NCBI GenBank assembly: GCA_048013815.1
Contig: CM106586.1
Location: 22,010,001 to 22,074,000, forward strand
Length of the DNA: 64,000 nucleotides
Direction of reading: 5' to 3'
Source: Setoptus koraiensis
Lineage: Eukaryota > Animalia > Arthropoda
The notes under the pieces were generated by a model, which was given only the letters and a program-made list of their open reading frames with translations, did no database searches and had not been told where the DNA came from. Positions 1 through 62,448 of this stretch are shown here, piece by piece. Numbering within the stretch: position 1 is the stretch's first letter; each line of letters starts with the position of its first letter. The position numbers and the translations under genes were made by a program.

Positions 1-3000
1 GTATGCCCATCGCTATTGGTAGTATATGGCAAGCTCGGGTTATTCGTGCGTGGGCGATAATATTATCGCCATGGGGGCGCAAATGGTGCAGATTGTGCGC
101 CCATAAACGCCTACGCCCACGCACACACTTGTGCACTTGTAACTTACAAGTTGTAAGTGTTGTGCGAAAATGATGATATAATTAGTTCGTATGCCGCCCA
201 CGAGAGGTCGTAGCGTGTGGCATATGGCGGCTGCATGAGTAAGTCAGTTTATGTCAGAACAAGGTTGCTGCGCACATTGGTGTGCAATGGAACTTGTTGC
301 GCACCAACAACAGATATAACATGTTACGTTGTGGCGCGCCATTTCGCCCTAAGGAGCTATGCAAACTTGCATGCTTACCTGGCCTTAATTTCACATGGTG
401 AGCTCTATGTGAGCTTGTGAATCGCTAATTGTGTGATGTTTGGCAAAAGTAATTAGATCTGGCACAAGAAAACACACTAACTAGCTAATAAATAAACCAT
501 CACTTACAGGTTGATTGCGAGCGGCGCGGAGCTTGCCAGCGGTGCAGTTGTGCGACTGTAACATGTTGCCGTTCATGTACGCCGGTGATATATATATGTA
601 TGATATTCATGTTCGCATTAGTGAGCTCATACAGTATGACACAGCAAAGACGCGCAGTCGGCGGAAGAGCGCATAGTGACTGACGTGGCTTGTGCAACAA
701 CAACAACAACAACAACAAAAACAGCCTATTCGCAGGATGTGTGAGCAATGGTCGTATGACTATCACAAGTCAGTGACTCACGTTGTCATATGACCACCAA
801 TGGCATATGGCACGGCCATAGGGTCGCTTCGGCAGAGCCACCGTCGGATCGGAAAGCGCCAGCAGCTCGCAGATAATCATCATGCCGCTAGCAGCCATGT
901 CCGCTGCTGTATTGCAGCGCAACAGCAAGTAGCGCCTAGTTCTCGCCTGCTTATGCGTATGACTCAGCACACCATTGTGCCATTGTAACTATCACCGCTC
1001 TAATCACATAGCTGCCATTTTAACAAGTGTCTGCTGCAACTAGTAAATGTGTATGTATATTTGTGTATTAGTGTGGTTGTGCAAAATGGACACCATAGGT
1101 AGAGCCATTGTGTGTGTGTGTGTTTGTGTTGCGTGAGACTGACTTTGCTCACAGCAAATTTTGCTGCTGTCGTTGTTGCATCGTTATCGTCGTTAGCGAG
1201 CATAAAAGAAACTTTTCGTTTCGCGTTCGCTTTTTCCTCATTGCGAACGGCAAATGTCAGAATGAGGCAGCTATTGCAGCAGCCATCAGATCGGATGGAG
1301 CCAACTTCTAGGCGCATAATGCGAGCAACAACTTGCTATTCTTCTTCGCAACTGCTTGCCCTGTTCGTAAACCATGTGATGCCATGGGAGAGAGCAAACC
1401 AACAACGAGTGACTCTATCTCCTTCGCCATCGGCGTGCACCGGGCACCGTGCACAGTAATGAGTCGCCTTCACTATTTGCTATTCACTATTTGCAGACAC
1501 CAACAGCAGCAGCAGCAACAACAACAACAACAACAGCAACAACAACGTGGACAAAGAAGCCAGAGTTACCTGTGTGAGCCGCTCACGATGGCGCACACAA
1601 GATGTTGTAGTTGTTTTTTATTGCAGCGAAGCATCTCGTCTCGCAGCGGCCAGAGAAATTGATGCTGCTTGTGCTGCTGCTGCCTTCGGAGCTTGAACAA
1701 GAACGGAGATGAGACGCATAAAGCAGCAGCCATTATACATTATACTATTATACACACGCCATGGACTGTACTATAGTCACTATAGTGAATGGCTCGCAGG
1801 CAACAAGTGCAATGCGCTCACCTGTCCCCGCTGAAACTGGCCAGCGCAACCGGCCGCCGGCCTGTTCCATATATCGACTTGTGAGCAGCCCAGGGCAGCA
1901 TCTAGTGGCTGTTGCATCGCCATGATAGATGCTCGCCTACAACTGCAACTGCTATCACTGCTATGCCAACATACCATTAATGCCGTACCATTGGTGCCAC
2001 AGTTGTGCTGCTACGGTGGCCCGATATATCTGATATATATCTCATATATCTCATATATACATGGTGGTGGCGTATTGAACTCTGCGTTACTCTGGCGTGT
2101 GTTTTTGTCAGGATATGAGCGAATGCGGATGGCTCACAATTGCCAGACAATTGGAATAGGCATCAACTCGAAAGGAAGCGGCGCTGAAGAGCGAACTGAA
2201 TCCAATTGAACGCAAACTAAACGGCTAAATACAGTATAAATTGTGCAAGCGTTCACAACGCAAACGCTCGGCGAGAGTCCATAGAGGCGGACATGGTTAT
2301 TAATCACCACCATTGGCAACTAGGCTCTGTAGCTAGTGACTGTGCCAGCCCGCTAGCTTGCTCACACATTGGCGGGCCCCTCTCGGCCATGAGCACTACT
2401 TACCAGCACAACTAATGCAAGCTAGGGGCGCCCACACATAGCCTATGGTCGTTGGGTCTGACGAAATGTGAGTGACATCGCGATTATTGTTAGCATAATT
2501 GCATATGCATTATGCTAACAACAATCGCTCTCTCGCGTTGCCTAGGGTGTGCGACTATCAGCCGATTGAGCGAGTGTGTGTGTGTGTGTGCGTGTGCTGA
2601 AACAACTCATTATATAACAATAAGTTTTTATCGCCCATATGTGATGTGTGCCAGTGGTCGTTTGTTTCCGGGGTGTAGCCTCTTTATTGGAAACCAACAG
2701 CAACATTCGTTCGGGCAACTAGAGAGCAGCCGAAATAGGCACAACAAACAGCCACATGTTCGTCAATGAGAGTGTTAGCAAACGTGCCTAGGGATTGTAT
2801 TTGTAGTTGTTGTCGTTGTTGTTGCTGCCGTTGTCGTTGTTGCTGTTGCTGTAGCTGTTGTTGCTGTCGCGGTTGTTGCTGTTGTGTGTGCGCCATTTGT
2901 AAATAAATTTTAGTTACATATAGCTAGCAACGCAACAACGTGATACTAGATATTAGATAGACAGCAGACTAGCAATAGACAGCGGCAACAGCAGCAGTTG

Positions 3001-3158
3001 CAACGGCAACAGTGCCAGATAGCATAACATCATGCTTGGCGCTGTTGCTGCTGATGTAGCTACAACTTGTTGTGCTGCCGCTGTTGTTGCGTAGCCTGAC
3101 GTGTCGTTTCGTCTACGTTGCCTTGCCTTGCCAAGAGAGAATCTTCTTGGGCTGCTCG

Positions 3159-3159
<1 letters not shown>

Positions 3160-3193
<34 letters not shown>
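3160..3193. repeat. (TG)17 microsatellite
   Basis: Direct reading. Confidence 0.95.
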
Positions 3194-3196
<3 letters not shown>

Positions 3197-4500
3197 GTGG
3201 CCGTCTCACCGTCTGCCGGCTGACTGACTGGCTGGCGTGTGGGGTATCGTAAATGCATTTAACATAAATAATAATAATAATAGTTTGTGTGTTATATAAT
3301 AGCAGCGAGCTCAAGATAGCTCGCTGCTATAGATCGGCCGGCTATGCGACTGCTGCTGCTGCCGCTGCCGCTGTTGCTGTTGCTGGAGACAGCTAGCAGT
3401 TGTATCGCTATATAACAACACGGCCAGTGGATTGAGCAGTGAATATTGGCTCGCAGTCGTGAATCAGGTTATTCTGTTGCAGTAGCAGCGGTGGTTGTTG
3501 TTGCTGTCGTTGTTGCTGTTGTTGTTGCTGCTGTTGTTGGCTGTAGAAAGTGGCTGAAAAATGTACTCTATAGGAAACTCGTAGCACACACACACAAATG
3601 GGGGGAGGGACGGTGTTGGAGAGACTGCAAGATATACTCAAATAGCTATGCCATTAATTCTAGCGCTTACCACCATTCCATGATTACGTCGTCGTTCTCT
3701 TTTAATCGTAACACACTCGCTGCTAAAAGTGGCCTGCGCACAGATCGCTCAACATGCGCTCAACGTTCGAACGTTGTGTGTGCGCTCAATTTGGTTGGCC
3801 TAGCGTTAGCGAATTTCGACGCAGAGCGAGTTGCGCTCTATAGCATCGAAATTTATCAGAGAGAGGGGAGAGGGAGAGAGTCTATGCACACAGCATGCAC
3901 GCTGGTACACACTGGCTGGTGGTGGCGATAATAATGCGAGTAATGCGATTATACACGTCGATGTAAGGCGGCGGCAGCGAACGAGCAGCAAGTTCGACCC
4001 GACTGCGAGTCGCGCTGCCTGCAAGGCCAGCATGCAAAGCCAACTGACGAGAGCCAACTTTTGTTCGCTCCACAAGTGGCGTGAATAGAACTAACAGTTG
4101 TAAGGCGGCAGCAGCGCGAACAAGTAACAACAAATAGAACTAAAGCGAACTAAAGCGAACGGAGCCAAGGCGAGCAGAACTGAATCGGATAGAACTAAAG
4201 CGAACTGCAACTCGCACTATACTACTGGAACTATAGCAGCAGCAGTGCTATAGTTGGCGGAGTTCGCTTGGTTTGTTTGGCTGGCACTGCCAGAGAGAGA
4301 GAGAGAGAGAGAGAATTTTCACAAGTGTGTGAGCCCAAAGTGGGCTCAAACCGGCGACTCAGGTCGACTTAAGAGTGAGTAAAAAACGAACTTGCGTCTA
4401 CTTTTTGTGCACGCCAGTGTGTGTTTGTGTGTGTGTGTGCGTTGTGCGCTGTGTGTGTGTGCGTTGTGCGCTGTGTGCGTCGTGTGCGTTGGCTGTGAGT

Positions 4501-4604
4501 GCAAGTTGCGAGCTGCGAGTTGCAAGTTGCGAGCTGCGAGTTGCAAGTTGCGAGCTGCGAGTTGCGAGTTGCAGGTTGCGAGCTGCGAGCTGCGAGTTGC
4601 GAGC
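4501..4604. repeat. 7-bp tandem repeat (AAGTTGC/GAGCTGC/GAGTTGC) with 21-bp higher-order period
   Basis: (aagttgc gagctgc gagttgc)x3 followed by degenerate 7-mers. Confidence 0.9.
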
Positions 4605-5366
4605 GGGGCAGGAGGGCGGGGGAGCGAGCAACGTCGACAGCTACAACAAGTTGTTTGTACCTCACTACAGCTCGCACTTACTTGTGTGCACTAGCACTAG
4701 CAGCAGCAGCAGCGCCAGCAGTAATGGTGTGTGCGTATTTATGTGAGTGTGTGTGTGTGTGCGTCGAGAGATAAACACAGCGTACGTTCGCTGCTTCTTT
4801 GCACACTCTGCTAGCACTGCAGCAACTAGTATCACTACTATATCACTCTCGTTACATTGCTATCACATATTACATATATTATAATTATCACTATTACTAT
4901 TATTATTATTATCACTATCACTACTGTGCTGCTCGGATACAAACGCATATATACGCATATTTTCCCCTTGGCCGATATCACAATCATCACTTTTGTATAT
5001 TTACATATTCCGCTACCGTTGCAGCAACAATCTTCATCGAACAATATTGTCCATTCCAACCAAAATCAACAATATTATTATCAACGATGTGATATCACTT
5101 GCAACACACACACACCAACTGTTAGCAACTGACCAACACACATTTGCATAGCCACAATTTGTATAGCCGCCATACACAACATTCCACACACCCAAAGCAC
5201 CGCACGAGGAGCACCAACGCCACGAATTACCTGTTGATCTTATCATTTTATTTTATCCCTATTTAATTATTATTATTAATATACCATTATTATCATAATT
5301 AATATCAATCGGACGACCGAGGCAAACGTTACTATGCGGAGTGCGTGTCGTCGACAATAGTCCGAT

Positions 5367-8300
5367 ATGCGCCAAAAACATCAACCTGTTAAGATAGCAT
5401 CTGTCAACGACGATGCTCAAACTGCAGGAATGTTTCTCAACATAACAACACATCAACAACAGCAACAACAACAACAGACAGACTGTAATCGGCAACCACA
5501 ACAAGCAACAGCAACAACTATTGTCAAAAAGACCACAACAACAACAACTATGGCCACAAATGCACAACAGCAGCCACTGGTTGTTGCAACCACTAGTAGA
5601 ACAACTACGCACAACAACAATTATAAATTAGAAACAAATCATAATCTCTACCATGATCATCAACAAAATATTAGAATTAATAATGAACATAGACAGGACG
5701 ACATAGATTATGACGACGATGAGGACAACAATAATAATATTCATAACATTGACAACATCAACATTGACCAACATGATGCAGTCAACTACGTTGATGACGA
5801 TCAAGACCAAGATTTAGACGATCAAGACGACGACCAAGACCAAGATCTCGTTTATGTCGATGACGATCAGCAAGACGAAGACGAAGATGAATTAGAAGAC
5901 GACGACGATGATGACATGGACCAAGACCAAGATGACGATGACAATGACCACATGATGCATGATACACTACCTCAGACTACTCGTTACAAAACACCCCCTG
6001 CTACAGTCTCAACTGACAGTGTCAAACAGGCACTTATTGCCTTATATCAACGAACTTCTGATGATACCACTAATAGTGCCCTTGAGCATGTTATTAGATT
6101 CTTGGAAAACAACAATGTACAAATACCAGCCTGGACGCAAGAGACAAACTCAACTAATATCAGGCACGATACTATCGCCATGACACCTACATCACCAACA
6201 CCACCGGCCAACAATGATAATACTAACGAAGTCAAATATTTGCATCTTGGCGAACAAGACATGTCATTGTATCAATCCTCTTATGATAGTGCACATAAAA
6301 AACAACCAAACATTAGGAGCCAAAATAACGCCAGACAAACAACAATAAAAACATCAACGAGGTTCGATCAAGATCAAGAGGTCAAGAGATTTAAACGAGT
6401 GGAAAACAACTTTCGCGATCTCAAACAACGCCTAAATCAAGCCCCGTTAGATCCAATTGTCAGCGCCCTTATGAGACAACAACAACAAATAATGGCAATG
6501 CTTAGTAAAAAAGTAGCAAAAAAGCGTAATATTTTCAAGTCTCAAATTGATGTGGACTCGTCATCGTCGCACATAAGTCCTAAACGCCCCAATAGAACGG
6601 TCTCTATTTTTAGGAGTGACCTAGACTTTCAATCACCTCACGCACCACCTACCAAAGAGCAACAAGCGATGAGCTGCCCTGAAATGACTAAACCCCTCTT
6701 CACTCGTTCCAGTATCACCTCGAGTCGCGAACAACAAATAACATCCGATCCTACGCTAAATACTACCTCAACTAGTAGTTTGGAAACTAATGATGAAACT
6801 GAGCTTTCTTTATCATATAATAACAAGACTACATCTTCTGTTAGTAAGGTAAATATAAAAGGTAGCGCTCGCAAAAGGTTCACCAATAAATCCATCAAGA
6901 GAGGATTCTTTTCCTCAAGCCCTCCTCGACAACAAAGTCCCAACATACATCAGCAACAGCAACAGATGATACAACACCAGTTACAACAACAACAGCAACT
7001 TCAACAACAACTACAGCTACATCAGAAGCAACAACAGCAACAACAACAGCAGCAAAAGAAACGGCAGCAACAAATACAGCAGCAACAACAATTACAACTA
7101 CAGCAACAACAACAACAACAGCAGCAACAGCAACAACGCCAAAGACAGCATCAGCTCCGACAACTGCAACAGAGGCAACAACAACAACAACTTCAACAAC
7201 AGCAGAAACTCGCGCAACAAAAACAACAAGAACAGCAACACAAGCAACAAATAGAAACAAAATCTGTCAGAGCATCAGCGAGAAGCACCAGGAGTATTTC
7301 AAGCTCAGCAGTTAAAAGAAAGGAAGAGTGCTCATCTAAGGTTGAAGTCAAACCCGACAAGAGTTCTAGTGACGGGTCATCATTCGTTTGCGATGAAGTT
7401 AATTGTGGCAAAACATTCCCATCGCTGAGAAAATTGCGCCACCATAAAGTTGTTCATTCCGATGAATATCCGTTCATTTGTGAAGTGGAGGGCTGCGAAA
7501 AACGATTCAAGAGAAAGTTTGGAATTGATTTACACTCAACAACTCATTTTGATCTAATTCCCGACATGTATTCAAAGACATCTAACAATAGTAGCTTACC
7601 ATTCTTTGGGCGCAGAATGCAATATAGCATGTGTAAGCCATGCGGAAAGAAATTTAAGACTGTACATGAATATCAATATCACATGATGAAACATGGCGAA
7701 GAGCCTTTTAAATGTCCTGTAAAGGGTTGCAATCAAAAGTTCAGCATTTGGAAAAGTTTTCAAAAGCATCGAGCTTCACATTATTTCAACTACTTTTGTA
7801 ACATGGATGGCAAGTGTAAGCATCAGACAACAAATTTGCAACTGTTGAAATTGCACATTTATTGTTGTCACTTTCGGCGGAAATTACCTCCGGATTTACC
7901 CAAGACTAACATTCCAGAACATTCCAAAATAATGCCAAATACTTCATCTACATCCAAAGGTAATGTTATCCACGATGAGAGTAGTTGTAATGATGCTGAG
8001 CAAGATTTCAAAACAGAGTTCGATGACTCTGTTGAAGGTGACGATGGTGATTTTGACGAATCTTACGACAACAACAACGGTCCACCTATGGGCATAAACG
8101 ACGATAACAAGCTAGATGTAGATACGATGGAGGAGAATAGCTTCTTCGAAGGCAGTGCAACAAGTACCTCAAAGTGTGGTTCATCAGTAACACCAAAAAG
8201 GAATAACAAATCTCAGCGCAGTGTGCGATTTTCAACTGAACCAGTGCAAAGCATACAAAATAAACCCCTACAACCGCCACCGTCGACTCGTCGAGATGGT

Positions 8301-9164
8301 AGATTGAGAAGTAATCCTCCTAGATCAAGCAACTATGGAGCTATAGACTATGCGACTTTAAACAGTGGTGATTATTACACTGCTACTTCACCAAACATCT
8401 CGACCAAAAGAGCTTCCAGAGCAACGTCGTCAATTATTAAGTTAAGAAGTGCAAGTACAACGTCAGCAGCATCTACACCAACAACAGCTCCCTCTACGAG
8501 GCGGCGTTCCGGAGGTAGTGCACAAAAGAACGCTTTCCAGTCGGACAAATCATCTTTGGACAACGACACGGGGGACGAAATTGATGTAGATATTAACAAG
8601 GACGACTCATCTAACAATGAATTTATGATGGGTGACTATGGTATGGACGATATGGAAGATGACGAGAATATTGATGATGGAGAGGACGATCGTGATGTCG
8701 GCTACTCTAATTCGAATTGTAAGAAGAGCAGATTTAAGTGTCATCTCTGCGAATCCCGGTTCAATGTGAAGTTTCAACTCACTAAGCATCTTTCTACACA
8801 TTTGGAGTTGACGCCCGACATGTTTCAAGCAACTGCCATCGAGGAAGTAGTACAATTGTCCGAGAGAAAGCGACGAGATTACCACTGTGAAAGTTGTGAC
8901 ATCAGATTCGAGCAGGTGCAAGAATTTGATCAGCATATGCACGGACATGCACAAAAGCCTTACATTTGTGGATTTTGTCAGACTGGAAGTTCCTCATTTA
9001 GATTATGGAAACAATACCTAAGTCATTTGTACGAACATCGTTTTACGTACAAATGCACATTAGGCAACTGCGACTTTGCAATAAATAGAAAAGACGCCCT
9101 GAAGTTGCATATATTCCGCATTCATCTCGATATGCAACTGCCCTCGTATCTCGAGACAGCTTAA
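5367..9164 (+). CDS. Intronless C2H2 zinc-finger protein (1265 aa; 9 fingers in clusters of 5 and 4; polyQ, acidic D/E and S/T-rich regions), probable transcription factor
   Basis: Single ATG-TAA ORF. C-x2-5-C...H-x3-4-H fingers at ~7383-7875 (FVCDEVNCGKTFPSLRKLRHHKVVH; FICEVEGCEKRFKRKFGIDLHSTTH; CKPCGKKFKTVHEYQYHMMKH; FKCPVKGCNQKFSIWKSFQKHRASH; YFCNMDGKCKHQ...LKLHIYCCH) and ~8733-9126 (FKCHLCESRF...KHLSTH; YHCESCDIRF...HMHGH; YICGFCQT...HLYEH; YKCTLGNCDF...LHIFRIH). Basic NLS-like KKVAKKR. No orthologue recognised. Confidence 0.93.
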   Translation: MRQKHQPVKIASVNDDAQTAGMFLNITTHQQQQQQQQTDCNRQPQQATATTIVKKTTTTTTMATNAQQQPLVVATTSRTTTHNNNYKLETNHNLYHDHQQNIRINNEHRQDDIDYDDDEDNNNNIHNIDNINIDQHDAVNYVDDDQDQDLDDQDDDQDQDLVYVDDDQQDEDEDELEDDDDDDMDQDQDDDDNDHMMHDTLPQTTRYKTPPATVSTDSVKQALIALYQRTSDDTTNSALEHVIRFLENNNVQIPAWTQETNSTNIRHDTIAMTPTSPTPPANNDNTNEVKYLHLGEQDMSLYQSSYDSAHKKQPNIRSQNNARQTTIKTSTRFDQDQEVKRFKRVENNFRDLKQRLNQAPLDPIVSALMRQQQQIMAMLSKKVAKKRNIFKSQIDVDSSSSHISPKRPNRTVSIFRSDLDFQSPHAPPTKEQQAMSCPEMTKPLFTRSSITSSREQQITSDPTLNTTSTSSLETNDETELSLSYNNKTTSSVSKVNIKGSARKRFTNKSIKRGFFSSSPPRQQSPNIHQQQQQMIQHQLQQQQQLQQQLQLHQKQQQQQQQQQKKRQQQIQQQQQLQLQQQQQQQQQQQQRQRQHQLRQLQQRQQQQQLQQQQKLAQQKQQEQQHKQQIETKSVRASARSTRSISSSAVKRKEECSSKVEVKPDKSSSDGSSFVCDEVNCGKTFPSLRKLRHHKVVHSDEYPFICEVEGCEKRFKRKFGIDLHSTTHFDLIPDMYSKTSNNSSLPFFGRRMQYSMCKPCGKKFKTVHEYQYHMMKHGEEPFKCPVKGCNQKFSIWKSFQKHRASHYFNYFCNMDGKCKHQTTNLQLLKLHIYCCHFRRKLPPDLPKTNIPEHSKIMPNTSSTSKGNVIHDESSCNDAEQDFKTEFDDSVEGDDGDFDESYDNNNGPPMGINDDNKLDVDTMEENSFFEGSATSTSKCGSSVTPKRNNKSQRSVRFSTEPVQSIQNKPLQPPPSTRRDGRLRSNPPRSSNYGAIDYATLNSGDYYTATSPNISTKRASRATSSIIKLRSASTTSAASTPTTAPSTRRRSGGSAQKNAFQSDKSSLDNDTGDEIDVDINKDDSSNNEFMMGDYGMDDMEDDENIDDGEDDRDVGYSNSNCKKSRFKCHLCESRFNVKFQLTKHLSTHLELTPDMFQATAIEEVVQLSERKRRDYHCESCDIRFEQVQEFDQHMHGHAQKPYICGFCQTGSSSFRLWKQYLSHLYEHRFTYKCTLGNCDFAINRKDALKLHIFRIHLDMQLPSYLETA

Positions 9165-9378
9165 TTGTGGTAATATGAGCTAAAATATCGGATGCGTTGA
9201 TAGGTCAAGCTGGCATGAATCATAATAATAATATATATAAACTACAACTATCTATAAATACAACTATATATAAATACAACTATATATAAAACTCTCAAAT
9301 ATCAAGTCATATCTATACGAGCTATATAAATAGCCATATAAATAACGCAACTTCTATGATAGGCATGTAAAACATGCA

Positions 9379-9384
9379 AATAAA
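9379..9384 (+). terminator. Candidate polyadenylation signal of the zinc-finger gene
   Basis: AATAAA in AT-rich sequence 215 nt after the stop codon; a second AATAAA at 9675-9680. Confidence 0.4.
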
Positions 9385-10269
9385 TTATATCAAACAACGA
9401 AATTATCTATAATACTATTAAAACATGACAAGAGATAATAGATAACCTCTGTACAGCAATAATAGTTCAAAGCTTCTTTGATCATAAATTTACACATAAA
9501 TGTTGATTGACCATTGCCGAGATAGCTCTCTCGGACTTCGACCCAATCAGCCACTATTTATTGTTATGTAATATCTACCTTTATTTTCTATGAAACATTA
9601 CCTACTACATAAAATCTTAAAGCTTGGTCTTGCTGATATTGAAAAGACTGTTTTATAATGGTTACTGAAAAACAAATAAAATGTCTGTAGAACTGAGACA
9701 TTGCAGTAAAATATATTATTTCAACATGTAAATTTATCTCTCTTGCCAGTCATTTCTAAGCCTTTGAAAGGGTCCGCTAGAGGACTCTGGGGCCTCAAGC
9801 TGGGCCTCAAGCTTCCAATGCACCAGTCTATGCATTGAGGTATGTGTGGGCGCAGAAGAACATCGCGCAATGTTAGTTACAAAGTTGTTTATAGCGCATG
9901 CTGACAGTTACATATAGATAGAGTAGGATAGTGTGCACAATATCGGATTGTTGGCCGATGTGATGTTACGTCAGTGGACTTCTGACTTCTTTTAGTAACT
10001 TGGCCAATCAATTCATTGAGCTTACTATAAGAGTTGTGAAAGATTCCGTAATAAATAAGTGATGTTATGCTACATGAATGCGCCTACAACTTGAGTGAAT
10101 GTTCTGTTAATTAATTGTCAAATCAATTGTGCAACACAATCAAGAGAATAGATAATCTGTTTGTCAGCAGCACCATAAAATGTCAACACAATAATAATAA
10201 TAGTAGTAGTAATAATGAGTTGTTTAGAGCGTGGTGCTGGTTGTTGAAAACAAAAGATCAAAATAGAAG

Positions 10270-60457
<50,188 letters not shown>

Positions 60458-60756
60458 TCATGCGTAACTTGGTGGCGCAACTTGATTCTAGTTGATGCCA
60501 ATACCTGCCAATATCATCAAATCACACACAATTCATGGCGCATTCGTGATTCCTATTCCACTGCCCTTCACCGACTGGAACGCAATTGCATAGAGGCATA
60601 GATCGCATGTTATGCAACGCAACCGTACAGTCGACACATTCTTACAATAAGATAGTGATATAAGATATATTATTATTGTGGTTGTGTATAGTCGTTATTT
60701 TATGGTTAGTTATACAACATTGATAATATAAGCATAAAAATAGTGTCAAATAATAG

Positions 60757-60762
60757 AATAAA
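60757..60762 (+). terminator. Candidate Dscam polyadenylation signal
   Basis: AATAAA ~300 nt after the stop, followed by GT/T-rich sequence (gtgtgtcttgtgtc...ttttttattg). Confidence 0.5.
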
Positions 60763-61354
60763 TTTTTCTCGCATACCTCATCAACTACTCTGCAGTGTGT
60801 CTTGTGTCAAAAATATTTTTTTATTGTCAGTATTTCGCTTTTTTTTTCGCATTGTTTGACACTCATTCATCCGTCGTGCATTCGCATTCGCCCGATAATA
60901 CGCCTATAAGATATTGAGATTCATGTAGAACTTGACACTTTCATCATTGTGACAAGTGTCACTCGGCGCACGCCACACTGAAATTAACTACAATAATCGA
61001 CTGATGCAACAAACAAAACTTGGTGTGTAACAAGTAATTTACATACACGCACACATAAATAATAATAATAATAATAATAAATCGTAAACAGGTAGTGGAA
61101 AACTGTTTGTTTTATCCCTGTCGGTCACAATATAATCATAACAGTCAAACAACAGTGAAATCATCAATGTTGCATCAACAATGCACCTGATCCGCTGAGG
61201 AATAACGTTCAAATCCGCCAAACATACAACTTTTGTGTTTCTTCAGCGCCGTCACTATCTCATGCGATCATAAATACAGTACCACTAGTCTCATATTTGT
61301 ATGTTTGTTGTTGAGTTGATCGTAGTAACACCAATCCCGTAAGATTCGCTCATC

Positions 61355-62272
61355 ATGGCAGTCTCAATGGACGAAGAGGAGCCTCTGTCGCCGCGATCTT
61401 CGCGGTCATCGTCGTCGTTATTTCACTACAACCAGGATAGGCCCATCTTGTACGGATTGTCTGTGGGCGAAAAGCAGCACCTCAGGTATTTGTATGAATG
61501 CAATGAACACTTTTCAATAGTTCCATCGTTTGCTGTTTTGCCAGGTATGAAGGCTCTGCTTGAGTCGGACATCTACATGCGAGCATTGTCGGACAGAAAT
61601 TTAGTTTATGATCCGACGCGCATATTGCACGGCGAACAATACATTGAGCTGTTTCAACCAATACCAAGCGAAGTTAGCCAAGATGAGCCACTTGTCACAA
61701 GTAGAAATGCGCGCCTGTTAGATGTACTGGACAAGGGCCAAAATACGGCCGTCATAACGGAAGTGGACACATACAGCAGCTCGGGTGATTTGATGTTTCG
61801 AAATCAGGCTTGCAGTCTGATTATGGGTGAGGGCAATTGGGGCGGACCGAGACAAAGTCAAAATGGGGCCATCAAGGACACAGTCAGCTTGCCGGTGCCC
61901 ATGCGACCGCCAGACAAAGTTGTGAGCCAGAATACAAGCGAATATCAGGCCATATTGTACAGGCTGTTGGGCGATACGAACCCGTTGCATGTAGATCCAC
62001 AATTTGCCAAGCTGGCGGGCTTCAAGAGGCCCATATTGCATGGACTGTGCACGATGGGTTTCGCCACCCGACACATCATCGAAGCTTATGCGCCCGAGGC
62101 ACCGGAAAGATGTGTTCGTATCAAGGTGCGCTTCTCTGGTATAATATTCCCCGGCGAGACCATACAAACTGAGATGTGGAAGGAGGGCAACAGGATTCAT
62201 TTTGAGTGTAAAGTGCAAGAGACGAATAAACACATCATAACGGGAGCCTATTTAGACTTGAAGGACAATTGA
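61355..62272 (+). CDS. HSD17B4: Enoyl-CoA hydratase 2 (MaoC-like double hot-dog fold), equivalent to the hydratase domain of peroxisomal multifunctional enzyme type 2
   Basis: Intronless 305-aa ORF with ILYGLSVG...LRYLYE, ILHGEQYIEL, DKG and the hydratase-2 catalytic motif YRLLGDTNPLHVDP...AGFKRPILHGLCTMGFA, plus KVRFSG.IFPGETIQTEMWKEG. No dehydrogenase or SCP2 domain is attached. Confidence 0.92.
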   Translation: MAVSMDEEEPLSPRSSRSSSSLFHYNQDRPILYGLSVGEKQHLRYLYECNEHFSIVPSFAVLPGMKALLESDIYMRALSDRNLVYDPTRILHGEQYIELFQPIPSEVSQDEPLVTSRNARLLDVLDKGQNTAVITEVDTYSSSGDLMFRNQACSLIMGEGNWGGPRQSQNGAIKDTVSLPVPMRPPDKVVSQNTSEYQAILYRLLGDTNPLHVDPQFAKLAGFKRPILHGLCTMGFATRHIIEAYAPEAPERCVRIKVRFSGIIFPGETIQTEMWKEGNRIHFECKVQETNKHIITGAYLDLKDN

Positions 62273-62442
62273 AATTGGCGCCAATTTTCTAGTTGGTTGT
62301 CTTGCGAAGCCTCTTCCATTGCTGCGTACATAAACACAAACAAACAAACAAGTGAGTGGTCACGTTAAAATCAACTGTAACTAATATTTGTTGTTTGTAT
62401 TTCACAAAAACTAACAGGTGAATGTTGAACTTGTTCACTTGT

Positions 62443-62448
62443 AATAAA
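62443..62448 (+). terminator. Candidate polyadenylation signal of the hydratase gene
   Basis: AATAAA 171 nt after the TGA. Confidence 0.4.

Noticed and set aside
1-5366. A gene in the first 5.3 kb (polyQ- and polyC-like ORFs)
   Set aside because: All ORFs are short, repeat-derived and mutually overlapping; the region looks like upstream regulatory or intronic DNA.
61718-62233. 171-aa antisense ORF over the hydratase gene (and antisense ORFs over the zinc-finger CDS and Dscam exon 12)
   Set aside because: Shadow ORFs of real coding sequence.
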